A DNA stretch of 32,000 bases from positions 240,001-272,000 of the forward strand of contig NZ_CP021983.2 of NCBI RefSeq assembly GCF_002075285.3, written 5' to 3'. The stretch comes from Halomicronema hongdechloris C2206. Its GTDB lineage: Bacteria; Cyanobacteriota; Cyanobacteriia; Phormidesmidales; Phormidesmidaceae. Below are positions 1 to 8,812 of the stretch, piece by piece. The notes below the pieces were generated by a model, which was given only the letters and a program-made list of their open reading frames with translations, did not search any database and was not told the origin of the DNA. Positions within the stretch are counted from its first letter, which is position 1, and each line of letters starts with the position of its first letter. The position numbers and the translations under genes were made by a program.

Positions 1-429
1 TTGTCGCCCTTAGAGCTGCCCTCGATAGATTGGCTAGCGTGGCGAGCCGCCCTAACTCAGTTACTCTGGCAAACTGCTGGAATCTGTCGGCATCAGGATC
101 GGCTCGCCCCTGCCATTGATCGAGTGACCCAGTGGCAGACACAGCTCGCCCAGCATCCCCTCAGCCAACTGATCGAGACCCTAACGCCTGCTACGTCCTA
201 CCAGCTGCCAGAAACATTGTCTGAGAACACCCTGCGGCAATGGGGAGAACTGCGAAATCTCCTCGATAGTGCCTGGCTCATCCTTAAGAGTGCTGCTTTC
301 CGGCAGGAAAGCCGCGGGGGGCATTACCGCACTGACTTCCCCCACACCGAGGTATCGTGGCGCACGCATACCCTGGTGCAAGGGACCCGTTGGTGGCGCT
401 CTCAGCCGATTATGGACCCTGATGAATAG
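1..429 (+). CDS. nadB: L-aspartate oxidase, C-terminal fragment (5' end lies outside the window)
   Basis: ORF is open from the window edge. ...FRQESRGGHYRTDFPH... matches the conserved C-terminal region of NadB-type flavoproteins. Stop TAG at 427-429. Confidence 0.8.
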   Translation: MSPLELPSIDWLAWRAALTQLLWQTAGICRHQDRLAPAIDRVTQWQTQLAQHPLSQLIETLTPATSYQLPETLSENTLRQWGELRNLLDSAWLILKSAAFRQESRGGHYRTDFPHTEVSWRTHTLVQGTRWWRSQPIMDPDE

Positions 430-431
430 GT

Positions 432-460
432 GGGAGGACGGCTTGCCCTGGGCGTAGTCG
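432..460 (+). repeat. 28-29 nt dispersed element gggaggacggcttgccctgggcgtagtcg; an inverted copy lies at 4071-4098
   Basis: Direct comparison: the reverse complement of 4071-4098 is ggaggatggcttgccctgagcgtagtcg, 26/28 identical. A neighbouring purine-rich motif gtggatgggg (511-520) also recurs inverted at 4111-4120. Confidence 0.7.
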
Positions 461-615
461 TTTCGCCAAGCGACATGAAAGGCTTTGCCTGCCCGGAGGG
501 CATAGGGAGAGTGGATGGGGGGATGGGTTAGCGTAGGTCGTGCCGCTGAAACTGGGTAAGCAACGCTTGGCAAGGAAAGGACCTACGGAACAGGGGGCGG
601 CAAGACCATCCTAAG

Positions 616-656
616 AAAAAGCTGTCCCCAGTCTCGGACGGACACCTGGGGACAGC
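616..656 (-). terminator. Rho-independent-type terminator read on the minus strand
   Basis: Perfect 11-bp GC-rich stem gctgtccccag (621-631) / ctggggacagc (646-656) with a 14-nt loop. On the minus strand it is followed by TTTTTC (complement of 615-620). It lies about 350 nt downstream of the alpha-E gene stop. Confidence 0.5.
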
Positions 657-946
657 CGACTCACTCTAGCGATTCATTTCATGGGAACCAGCCTGTAGGC
701 TGATAGTTGTCCAGGGGTTAAACGTAACACTAGGGTCGATGCCGCTAATGGTTGCCGTTGCTGCTTTATGCAAGTTTCAATCGTCGGTTAAGCCTGTCTG
801 AGATCTGGGTCAGAATAACCGCCCCATTGCACTAGGCTGGTCTGGAATAGCGGACCGCTCTGGGGCTATTCGCTGGCCTGGAGGCCCCTGATTTCTGAGC
901 ATTGCCCTGGGACGCGGCCATTTTTAGGCGGGACCCATGGAGTTTT

Positions 947-956
947 GGGGGGGGGG
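947..956. repeat. G10 homopolymer tract
   Basis: Ten consecutive G at 947-956 in noncoding DNA, about 50 nt beyond the alpha-E gene stop. Confidence 0.9.
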
Positions 957-1006
957 ACGCAACCATTTTTGACCGGTCCTGCTCTATGGCTGCTACAAGT
1001 GTGATC

Positions 1007-1954
1007 TCAGACTGTCTGCAGCGAAAAGAAATCGTCGAAGATTTTGTGGCCTACGTCGTTGAGGCGGCTTTGCAGGTTGTCTAGGAACTCGTGCATGCCT
1101 GCTTGCACCACTTCGTCGATGGTGGTGTAATCCAATTCTGAGCGCAGTCGACCCAGGGTTCGCTGGCTGCTGGTGCGCCAGGTGCCGGTGACGGTGCCGG
1201 CGATGTTATGCAGCGACTCTTCTGCTTGCAACAGACAAAATTGAATCGAGCGGGGAAATTCGCGGTTGAGAATCAAGAACTTGGTGACGCCGATGGGGGT
1301 GATGCGATACTGGCACTTGCGGTACATCTCGTAGGCACTGGCGGATTTCAGCAGGGCAATCCACTGCAGGTCATCGAGGGGAGAGCCGACGTCGCTGACT
1401 TCCGGCAGCAGAATGAAGTATTTGACGTCTAGGATGCGGGCGGTCTTGTCGGCCCGTTCTAGCAATCGTCCTAATTGGCCGAAGTGCCAACCTTCGTTGT
1501 GGGCCATGGTGGCGTCCATTACCCCGGCAAAGAGATGGCTAGCCATTTTGACTTCCGGGAAGAAGCTGTGCAAATCCGAGAGGGAGCCGTTGTCGGCGGC
1601 CTCTTTCACCATCAGATAAAAGGCATTCACCTGCTCCCACATTTCTGAGGAGATGATCTCACGGACCGAGCGGGCGTTTTCTCGGGCCGCCCGTAGGCAA
1701 GAAATGACCGAGTTGGGATAGCTGCGGTCGAAGGTGAGAAAGCGCAGCACATTGTCGGCGGTGGCCTCGCCATAGCGTTCCTTGAAAATCTTTTGGTCGC
1801 CGGTGATCACCACCAGGGGGTCCCATTGCTGTTGCATGCCGATGGGGGCGTCCATCAGCAAATTGAGATTAACGTCGACAAAGCGGGCCACGTTTTCGGC
1901 CCGTTCTACATAGCGGTTCATCCAGTAGATGGAATCGGCGACTCGGCTGAGCAT
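1007..1954 (-). CDS. alpha-E domain protein (DUF403 family), partner of the circularly permuted ATP-grasp
   Basis: 315-aa ORF starting MLSRVADSIYWMNRYVERAENVARF..., the hallmark N-terminus of alpha-E proteins. It sits immediately downstream of the ATP-grasp gene on the same strand. Confidence 0.85.
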   Translation of the reverse strand: MLSRVADSIYWMNRYVERAENVARFVDVNLNLLMDAPIGMQQQWDPLVVITGDQKIFKERYGEATADNVLRFLTFDRSYPNSVISCLRAARENARSVREIISSEMWEQVNAFYLMVKEAADNGSLSDLHSFFPEVKMASHLFAGVMDATMAHNEGWHFGQLGRLLERADKTARILDVKYFILLPEVSDVGSPLDDLQWIALLKSASAYEMYRKCQYRITPIGVTKFLILNREFPRSIQFCLLQAEESLHNIAGTVTGTWRTSSQRTLGRLRSELDYTTIDEVVQAGMHEFLDNLQSRLNDVGHKIFDDFFSLQTV

Positions 1955-2122
1955 GGCTTAGAGATTGAGTGCAATCGGTGACGTGGGCGGAATCCGGGGG
2001 GTATATTCTGCGGTGGAAGTAATGCCTCTATTGACTAGCGCGGCAAGGCTGCACTTATCGGGATTTTCCTTTCTGCCTTGCCTTCTACCTTTCGTAACTA
2101 AGTGGCCCCCTGTGCGGTCGGC

Positions 2123-3565
2123 TTAGCCTTTGGCGGCTTTCAGGACCCAGGTATCTTTGCTGCCGCCTCCCTGGGAGGAGTTGACCACTAGGGAGCCCCG
2201 GCGCAGCGCTACCCGGGTCAGACCGCCCGGGTTGACGTAGATATCTTTGCCATAGACGATGTAGGGGCGCAGATCCACGTGGCAGCCTTGGAACTGGTCG
2301 CTTACCAGGGTCGGCACCCGCGATAGGCAGAGGGTGGGCTGGGCGATATAGCCGCGAGGATGGGCTTGAATGCGACGGGCAAATTCTTCGCGCTCCTCGG
2401 GGCTGGCTTGGGGCCCCACCAACATGCCATAGCCACCGGAGGCGTTGGTGGCTTTCACCACCAGTTGGTCAATCTGGCTGAGGACGTGATGCTGTTGTTT
2501 GGGCTCTTCGCACAGATAGGTGGGCACGTTGGGAATGATTTGCTCTTCGCCTAGGTAGTAGCGCACCATCTCGGGTACGTAGGCATAGACCAATTTATCG
2601 TCGGCGACGCCGGTGCCGGGAGCATTTGCGATCGCAACCCGGCCATGGCGATAGACCTCCATCAGTCCCGGCACCCCCAGCAGCGAATCCGAGCGCAACA
2701 CCCTCGGATCGAGAAACTCATCATCGATGCGTCGGTAGATCACATCCACCCGCTGCAGACCCTTAGTGGTGCGCATCTGCAAATAGCCATCGGCCACCAC
2801 CAGATCTCGCCCTTCTACCAATTCCGCCCCCATCTGCTGCGCCAAGAACGAATGCTCAAAATAGGCCGAATTGTAGATTCCTGGCGTCAACACAACGACC
2901 CGCGGATCCGACAATGTCGGCGGCGCCAGGTTCAGTAACGCATCCAACAACTGGCTGGCATAGTCATCCACCGGTTCGATATCCATGGCGGCAAACAACT
3001 GGGGAAAGCTACTCTTCATCACCCGCCGGTTCTCTAACACATAGGACACCCCCGACGGACAGCGCAGATTATCCTCCAACACATACCAGCGACCATCCCG
3101 ATCCCGCACCAGATCGGTGCCGGTGACATGGCACCAGACATCATGGGGAGGGTCGAGACCCAGACATTGAGTTAAATAACCCGGCGCCGACTCAATGGCA
3201 TGACTGGGAATGACCCCATCCTGGATGATCTTTTGATCGTGATAGATGTCATGCACGAAGCAGTTGAGTGCCTCCACCCGTTGCTTCAATCCCCGTTGCA
3301 GCCAGGCCCATTCTTGATCAGGCACGATGCGGGGAATCACATCGAAGGGAAAAATTCGCTCCGTTCCCTGGCTATCACTGTAGACATTGAAGGTCACCCC
3401 CAACTTAAACAGGGTATTTTGAGCAGCCTGCTGCCGTTGTTTCAATTCCTCGAGCGAGAGGCCATTGATCCGCTTCACTAACAGCTCAGCTTCGGGGCGG
3501 GGCTGTTCTTTCGCTAAGAACAACTCGTCATAAAAATCCCCTGGTTCGTAGACATCTAATAACAC
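2123..3565 (-). CDS. circularly permuted type-2 ATP-grasp protein (DUF404/DUF407 family)
   Basis: 480-aa ORF. The sequence (..[12 protein letters not shown].., ..[11 protein letters not shown].., ..[11 protein letters not shown].., ..[12 protein letters not shown]) and its pairing with an alpha-E gene are typical of this family. Confidence 0.85.
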   Translation of the reverse strand: MLLDVYEPGDFYDELFLAKEQPRPEAELLVKRINGLSLEELKQRQQAAQNTLFKLGVTFNVYSDSQGTERIFPFDVIPRIVPDQEWAWLQRGLKQRVEALNCFVHDIYHDQKIIQDGVIPSHAIESAPGYLTQCLGLDPPHDVWCHVTGTDLVRDRDGRWYVLEDNLRCPSGVSYVLENRRVMKSSFPQLFAAMDIEPVDDYASQLLDALLNLAPPTLSDPRVVVLTPGIYNSAYFEHSFLAQQMGAELVEGRDLVVADGYLQMRTTKGLQRVDVIYRRIDDEFLDPRVLRSDSLLGVPGLMEVYRHGRVAIANAPGTGVADDKLVYAYVPEMVRYYLGEEQIIPNVPTYLCEEPKQQHHVLSQIDQLVVKATNASGGYGMLVGPQASPEEREEFARRIQAHPRGYIAQPTLCLSRVPTLVSDQFQGCHVDLRPYIVYGKDIYVNPGGLTRVALRRGSLVVNSSQGGGSKDTWVLKAAKG

Positions 3566-4135
3566 GGGCAGCGTCTCCCCCAGGTTCTGCGATGGGCAAC
3601 AATGCCTTACTGATATAGGCGTTAGCTGTCCCCATAGACTGTAGCTCCTGTTACAATTCAGGACCGAGTCCTAGAGTGAGTTTGTAGTGCAAGCTTGAGT
3701 CTGCGCCAACGGAATACCGCTTACCCCCCTAACCGCCTGGAAGGGTTTGTCGTTCAGGAGCGGTGGATTACGATCAGGCCACACTTAAATGTCCCGGGTC
3801 AAAGTGCTCACCCGAGGGGATTTCGTTCCCCTCGGACTCCGACGACCAGGGCGAACCGCTTGTGGTGTTCGCAAAGCGGCTCCGCTCGTAGTGAGCGAAG
3901 TCGAACTGCAGGAGCAACGCAGTCGAACTACCGCCCTGGACCCCGCGGAAAAGATGGTCGATCAGCCGTTGTAGATCGCGTCGCATCGGCAGGGACGCAA
4001 TGGACCTTTCTGCTTCCTCCTTCCCCCTTCATCCTTCATCCTTCCCCCTTTCCCCTTTCCGTTCTCCCTTCGACTACGCTCAGGGCAAGCCATCCTCCGT
4101 TTTCCCACCACCCCATCCACCTATCTCTCTAACCC
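3566..4135 (-). other. 570-nt noncoding region upstream of the ATP-grasp operon; candidate structured leader or ncRNA plus repeat copies
   Basis: No convincing ORF; the 145-aa + strand ORF is low complexity and crosses repeats. Stable hairpins are present, e.g. ccgagggg (3812-3819) / cccctcgg (3828-3835) and gcgaac (3851-3856) / gttcgc (3867-3872). There is also a polypyrimidine tract at 4010-4130 with heptamer TTCATCC x2 (4028-4041). Confidence 0.3.
4071..4098 (-). repeat. Inverted copy of the 432-460 element
   Basis: cgactacgctcagggcaagccatcctcc is the reverse complement of ggaggatggcttgccctgagcgtagtcg. A related 14-mer tgagcgaagtcgaa also occurs at 3892-3905 on the + strand, giving an imperfect local inverted repeat. 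Confidence 0.7.
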
Positions 4136-4951
4136 CTAGCCTGCCATAGCCGCCTTCCAGAAAAAGTACACCGCCATCAGCCCCAGGAGTAGGCGAAACA
4201 TGTGACTGACCACGCGCTCGGGCAACTTCGGCAAAAAGCGAGTGCTGATCTGGGCTCCGGCCAGACCACCAACCCCCAGGAGCAAGCCGGTTTCAAACTG
4301 CACGTTGCCGCTGATGGCATGCCAACCACAGGCGGCCAGGGCAATGATCACAATCGCCCCCAAACTCGTCTGCACCGCCAGTTTAATCGGCTCCCCCAGC
4401 AATACAATCTGCAAGGGCACCATGACCACTCCGCCGCCCACCCCAAAGAGCCCCGCTAAGAAGCCGGCGAGGCTACCAATCATCAACCGTGATACTACCG
4501 GCCGCTGTTGCCAGCCAGGCCGCTCTGGCTCCAGGGTCGTCCCCCGGGCAACCACAGTGGAAACCTGCCCCCCATAATGGGCCACCACCTGCTTACGCAG
4601 CCCCACCAGGTAGATATTGAGCAGCAGAAACAGGCCAAAAACCGCCAGCAGCCCATACTCGGGAAACAGATTAGCCAATTCCTGGCCCACCCAAGCCGTA
4701 AAGAGGGCCGGCAGCCCCAGCCAGCAAACCCGCCACAGATTCAAGTAGCCCATGCGCCAGTTCTGCAGACTGCCCTGAGACAGGGACGTGACGACAATGG
4801 CCAGACTGCTGGAGGCCACCGCCTGCACAGCTGGTACCCCCAGGGCCACCATAATCGGCACCAGCACCGTCCCCCCGCCAATGCCCAAGAACCCGGCTAG
4901 GATACCGGCAACCACTCCAGCCCCCAGCAGCACCAACAGACCTGAGTCCAT
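4136..4951 (-). CDS. TauE/SafE (DUF81) family sulfite/anion exporter, membrane protein
   Basis: 271-aa polytopic hydrophobic ORF with the duplicated G-rich helices (GFLGIGGGTVLVP ... GLFGVGGGVVMVP) typical of TauE/SafE. Confidence 0.8.
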   Translation of the reverse strand: MDSGLLVLLGAGVVAGILAGFLGIGGGTVLVPIMVALGVPAVQAVASSSLAIVVTSLSQGSLQNWRMGYLNLWRVCWLGLPALFTAWVGQELANLFPEYGLLAVFGLFLLLNIYLVGLRKQVVAHYGGQVSTVVARGTTLEPERPGWQQRPVVSRLMIGSLAGFLAGLFGVGGGVVMVPLQIVLLGEPIKLAVQTSLGAIVIIALAACGWHAISGNVQFETGLLLGVGGLAGAQISTRFLPKLPERVVSHMFRLLLGLMAVYFFWKAAMAG

Positions 4952-4954
4952 TGG

Positions 4955-6421
4955 CTAGCTCAGCACCCACTGCACCAGGGTGCGCACACCATAGCCCGTC
5001 GCTCCCGGAGGGTGGTAGGGTCCTTCTTTTTCACTCCACACCGGCCCAGCAATGTCTAAATGGGCCCAGTTGGTGTCTTTGACGAATTGCTTCAAGAACA
5101 GGGCGGCAGTAATGGAGCCGCCGGGACGAGGGCCGGTATTTTTCATGTCGGCCACCACCGATTTCATGCCTTCGAAGTATTTTTCCTCGAGGGGCATGCG
5201 CCAGAGCTTTTCCCCGGCAGTTTCTGCTGCCTGGCTCAACGCCTGAGCCAGATCATCGTAGGGACTGAACAGGCTGCCAATGTCATCTCCTAGGGCGATG
5301 ATACTGGCTCCGGTCAGGGTGGCCAGATCCACCATGGCGTCGAGTCCCAACTTCTCGGCAAAGACCAGGGCATCGGCCAGGGTCAACCGGCCCTCGGCAT
5401 CGGTGTTATTGACTTCGATGGTTTTGCCGTTGGAGGCGGTCAAAATATCTCCTGGGCGCAGGGCATGGCCGCTAATCATGTTCTCGGTGGCGGCACTGAT
5501 GAAGTGCACTTCCACATCTGGCTGCAACTCACCGATGGTCTTGGCGGTGCCAAAGGTGGCGGCGGCACCGCCCATGTCGATCTTCATGGTCTCGATGCCA
5601 CTGCCGGACACCTTCAAATTGAGGCCCCCGGAGTCGAAGGTGAGGCCCTTGCCGATGATGGCCAGCTTCCGGCGCGGCGTGCCGTTGGGGCGATAGGTCA
5701 GGTGGATAAACTTGGGCGGCAGATCTGAGGCTTGCGCCACGCCGAGATAGGCTCCCATGCCTAATTTTTCACAGTCTTCTCGCTCCAGCACCTCTAACTC
5801 CATGCCATAGGTGCTGGCAATCTCGGCGGCGGTTTCGGCCAGCTTGGCCGGGGTGACCACGTTAGGCGGGGCCGAGACCAAATCGCGGGCTAAAATTACC
5901 CCGTGACAAACCGCCCAGGCGGTTTGGATGGCCGCCTCTTGCCCTGGTAGCTCCAGCAAAGACACCTGCTCTAGGGGTTTGCTTTGGGTATCGGATTCGG
6001 ATTTGAAGCGCGTGTCTTCGTAGAGAGCCAGGATGATGCCTTCGGCCATGGCTTGGGCGGCCATGGCTGGGTCAACACTGCCCCAGGGTAAACTCAGCCC
6101 TAGCTGGCCACTCTTCTCGGCCTTGGCCAGACGGGCGGCACTGGCCGCTGCCCGCCGCAGGGACTCTGAGGTCACCGTGTCGGCAGCCCCAAGCCCGACG
6201 AGTCCTAGTTTGCGGACGGTACTGCCCACCCGAGTGCTAGCCGTATCGCCGACTTTCCCCTTGAAGTCCACTTCATCGACGAGTTCTTGGATCAGGCCGC
6301 TCACTCGGCCGTCAAGCTCTGCTAAACGACCCGACAGGGGCAAATCTGCTTCGGTGAGGCCGATGGCTAGACAGTCACCGGACCAGGTTAAACACGATTG
6401 ATCTGAGGCGTAAAACTCCAT
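4955..6421 (-). CDS. pepA: leucyl aminopeptidase (M17)
   Basis: 488-aa ORF with M17 signature [14 protein letters not shown] and [10 protein letters not shown]. Confidence 0.9.
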   Translation of the reverse strand: MEFYASDQSCLTWSGDCLAIGLTEADLPLSGRLAELDGRVSGLIQELVDEVDFKGKVGDTASTRVGSTVRKLGLVGLGAADTVTSESLRRAAASAARLAKAEKSGQLGLSLPWGSVDPAMAAQAMAEGIILALYEDTRFKSESDTQSKPLEQVSLLELPGQEAAIQTAWAVCHGVILARDLVSAPPNVVTPAKLAETAAEIASTYGMELEVLEREDCEKLGMGAYLGVAQASDLPPKFIHLTYRPNGTPRRKLAIIGKGLTFDSGGLNLKVSGSGIETMKIDMGGAAATFGTAKTIGELQPDVEVHFISAATENMISGHALRPGDILTASNGKTIEVNNTDAEGRLTLADALVFAEKLGLDAMVDLATLTGASIIALGDDIGSLFSPYDDLAQALSQAAETAGEKLWRMPLEEKYFEGMKSVVADMKNTGPRPGGSITAALFLKQFVKDTNWAHLDIAGPVWSEKEGPYHPPGATGYGVRTLVQWVLS

Positions 6422-6562
6422 GGTTGTCCTACTAAATTGGTGAGCTGATAGGGCTTAGCATTGCTTCGATTGGATCACAGGACGGTGGCTGGGGCAATGG
6501 TGCCACCCAATCCTGCAAAAGTTTGCTAGAACTCTTATCAGGTTTACTGTATACCGTGTCCC

Positions 6563-6972
6563 GTGTTTCGACAGATCAAGGCTAAGGTCCCTCTGCTAGC
6601 TATGGTAGGTGTCGGTGCCCTGTCTTTGGGCATGGCCATGGCATTGCTGTCATCGTTAGGATGGCGGCGCTGGCGTCCCGATATCCTAGGCCTGCCCTAG
6701 AACAGGTCGCTGAGACCGAGTCCACGGCAGTGCTGACATTGGCTGCACTGGCCCCGCAGCAGCGGTCGGCTCGTCTGCAGGCTATGGCCCAGGCCCCACC
6801 CTCTCTCAACCAATATCGGGCTCGCTACCTGTTGGCGGTGGATTTGGTCGCCCAGGGCAAGGCATTGCAAGCCCTGGAATGGCTGCAGGAGCTAGAGCAA
6901 GGGTATCCGGTGCTGGCTCCCTATGTGCTGCAGACAAGGGCCCAGGACCCAAATGGCGGCCGGTCAATCTGA
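6563..6972 (+). pseudogene. 5' portion of the lytic transglycosylase gene, split over other reading frames
   Basis: Frame 2 from GTG 6563 or ATG 6602 gives a signal-anchor-like peptide (FRQIKAKVPLLAMVGVGALSLGMAMALLSSLGWRRWR) ending at TAG 6698-6700. Frame 1 (6661-6972) gives a TPR/Slt-like segment ...ARYLLAVDLVAQGKALQALEWLQELEQGYPVLAPYVLQTRAQ. The long ORF then resumes in frame 2. Confidence 0.55.
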
Positions 6973-8776
6973 GGCCGCGATCGCAACCTGGCAACAGTTA
7001 CGGCAGACCTATGGGGACGATCCGGCAGCGGCAGCAGCCCTCTACCAGCTGGGGCAGCATGATCAGCGCTACCTAGACCAGCTGTTGCAGCGGTTTCCGG
7101 CCCACCCCCGCAGCGTCGAGGTGGCCCTAGCGCGATTATCAACGGCTTCCGCTCCAGAGCAGATCCGCTCCCTGTTGCTGTTGGTGGCCCGCCATGGGCT
7201 CCATCATGCTGAGGCCGAGGCCGTTCTGAAGCGATTGGTGACCGAGTACGGCGCCTCTCTCCGCCCGGAAGACTGGCAAGCCATTGGCTTTGGCTATTGG
7301 AAAAAAGATATCTATGGCCAGGCGGGGCCTGCCTATGCCAAGGCCCCAGCCACGCCCCAAACCCTCTATCGCGCCGCCCGGGGATTGCAGATCGGGCAGC
7401 GCCGTGACGCTGCGATCGCAACCTACCGTCGCCTGGCCCAGGCCTTCCCTAAAGCACCAGAGACGGCCCAGGGACTCTTGCATCTGGCCACGCTGGTCCC
7501 GGCCCAAGACGCCCTGACCATCCTCGACCAGGTGATTCAACGCTTTCCCCAGCGAGCCGCCGAGGCCCTATCCCGGCGAGCCGACCGTCTGGAAGCATTG
7601 AACAGCCCCACCTCGGCTGCCCAGGCCCGCCAGTCCCTGTTGAGTCAATACCCGGAGGCAGAGGCCACCATCGAGTTGCGCCTCAACCGCGCCCGGGCGG
7701 CTGCCGCCCAGCAAAACTGGCAAGCTGCCATCGACTGGGTCGCCCCTATTTCTCAAGCTGACCTCACCACTGAGGCCGCCGCCGAGGCCATCTTCTGGCA
7801 GGGGAAATGGACCTTAAAAGCGGGCCGGAGTGACCAAGCCCAGCAGCTATTCGAGCAAGTCCTGCAAGCGCACCCCGACTCTTACTTTGCCTGGCGCGCG
7901 GCCGTAGCCCTGGGCTGGAACGTCGGTGACTTCACTACCCTGCGACACCAGCAGCCCTCGGTCACAGCGCCACCCCAGCGGGGGCCTCTCCCAGCCGGGT
8001 CTGCCGCCTTAGAGGAACTCTACCGGCTGGGCCAAGATCGCCTGGCCTGGAACCGCTGGCAAGTAGAGGTCGCCGACCCACAGCAGCTCACGGTCGATGA
8101 GCAGTTCACTGACGGTCTGATGCGGCTGGGCACTGGCGATCACCTCGATGGGATTTACCAACTCACTAGCCTGGCTAACCGAGACGACTCCCAGGCCCGA
8201 GTGCAGCAGTTGCAGCAAGCCCCCGACTACTGGCACGGCCTCTATCCGCTGCTATTTAGCAACTTGATCACCCATTGGTCCCAGCAGCGCCAGCTCAATC
8301 CCCTCCTGGTCACCGCCTTAATTCGGCAAGAATCGCGGTTTGAGCCCCAGATCCGCTCCGTCGCCGGGGCCGTGGGGCTAATGCAGGTGATGCCGGCCAC
8401 CGCCGACTGGATTCGCGGTCAGATTGGCCTCAACGACTATCGCCTCGACCATCCCGAGGACAATGTCAAACTCGGCACCTGGTATCTGGACTACACCCAC
8501 CGAGAGTATGACAATCACTCTTTGTTTGCGGTAGCTAGCTACAATGCCGGTCCCGGCAACGTGGCCCGTTGGCTCCGTCGGGGCGGCTTCCGAGATGCCG
8601 ATGAGTTTGCCGAACAAATTCCCTTCGCCGAAACTAAGGGCTATGTCGAGGCTGTCTTCGGCGGCTATTGGAACTATCTCAGGCTCCATGACCCAGCAAT
8701 AGCCCGTCTGCCAGGGATAAATGCCGTAGCCGACTCCTCGTCTGGGCTAATTTCCCACTACAATACTCACCGTTAG
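6923..8776 (+). CDS. soluble lytic murein transglycosylase (Slt70-like); longest intact frame
   Basis: 617-aa ORF. The C-terminal catalytic domain has QESRFEPQIRSVAGAVGLMQVMPATA and AYNAGPGNV motifs, preceded by a helical repeat N-domain. The true N-terminus appears to lie upstream in other frames. Confidence 0.8.
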   Translation: MCCRQGPRTQMAAGQSEAAIATWQQLRQTYGDDPAAAAALYQLGQHDQRYLDQLLQRFPAHPRSVEVALARLSTASAPEQIRSLLLLVARHGLHHAEAEAVLKRLVTEYGASLRPEDWQAIGFGYWKKDIYGQAGPAYAKAPATPQTLYRAARGLQIGQRRDAAIATYRRLAQAFPKAPETAQGLLHLATLVPAQDALTILDQVIQRFPQRAAEALSRRADRLEALNSPTSAAQARQSLLSQYPEAEATIELRLNRARAAAAQQNWQAAIDWVAPISQADLTTEAAAEAIFWQGKWTLKAGRSDQAQQLFEQVLQAHPDSYFAWRAAVALGWNVGDFTTLRHQQPSVTAPPQRGPLPAGSAALEELYRLGQDRLAWNRWQVEVADPQQLTVDEQFTDGLMRLGTGDHLDGIYQLTSLANRDDSQARVQQLQQAPDYWHGLYPLLFSNLITHWSQQRQLNPLLVTALIRQESRFEPQIRSVAGAVGLMQVMPATADWIRGQIGLNDYRLDHPEDNVKLGTWYLDYTHREYDNHSLFAVASYNAGPGNVARWLRRGGFRDADEFAEQIPFAETKGYVEAVFGGYWNYLRLHDPAIARLPGINAVADSSSGLISHYNTHR

Positions 8777-8812
8777 GGTAATGATGCGCATCCCCGGATT
8801 CAGCGAGGTACT

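Noticed and set aside
3780-3990. Possible tmRNA (one- or two-piece) or RNase P RNA. The cues were a T-arm-like hairpin gaGGGGatttcgttCCCCtc followed by ...gacgACCA, and a nearby frame reading ..VRKAAPLVV.., reminiscent of cyanobacterial tag peptides.
   Set aside because: The hairpin loop is not a T-loop (no TTCGA/GTTCRANYC pattern). The 3' strand before ACCA does not end in the TCC required for the G-U-containing acceptor stem, and no GGGG 5' acceptor strand is present. The tag-like frame has no nearby stop, and the frame that has TAG-TGA ends in ..RLRS rather than a hydrophobic tail. For RNase P, the universally conserved GAGGAAAGTCCGGGC and ACAGAACCCGGCTTA blocks are absent.
3695-4132. 145-aa plus-strand ORF in the ATP-grasp upstream region.
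   Set aside because: It is low complexity (Pro/Ser/Arg/Leu-rich). It crosses the CT-rich tract and dispersed repeat copies, and has no start context or family resemblance.
6940-6962. Programmed +1 ribosomal frameshift in the lytic transglycosylase at cccAAAtgg.
   Set aside because: There is no known precedent for this family and no recognisable stimulatory context such as a rare or stop codon with an upstream SD-like element. A second, opposite frame change occurs about 270 nt upstream. Mutation or sequence error is the simpler explanation.
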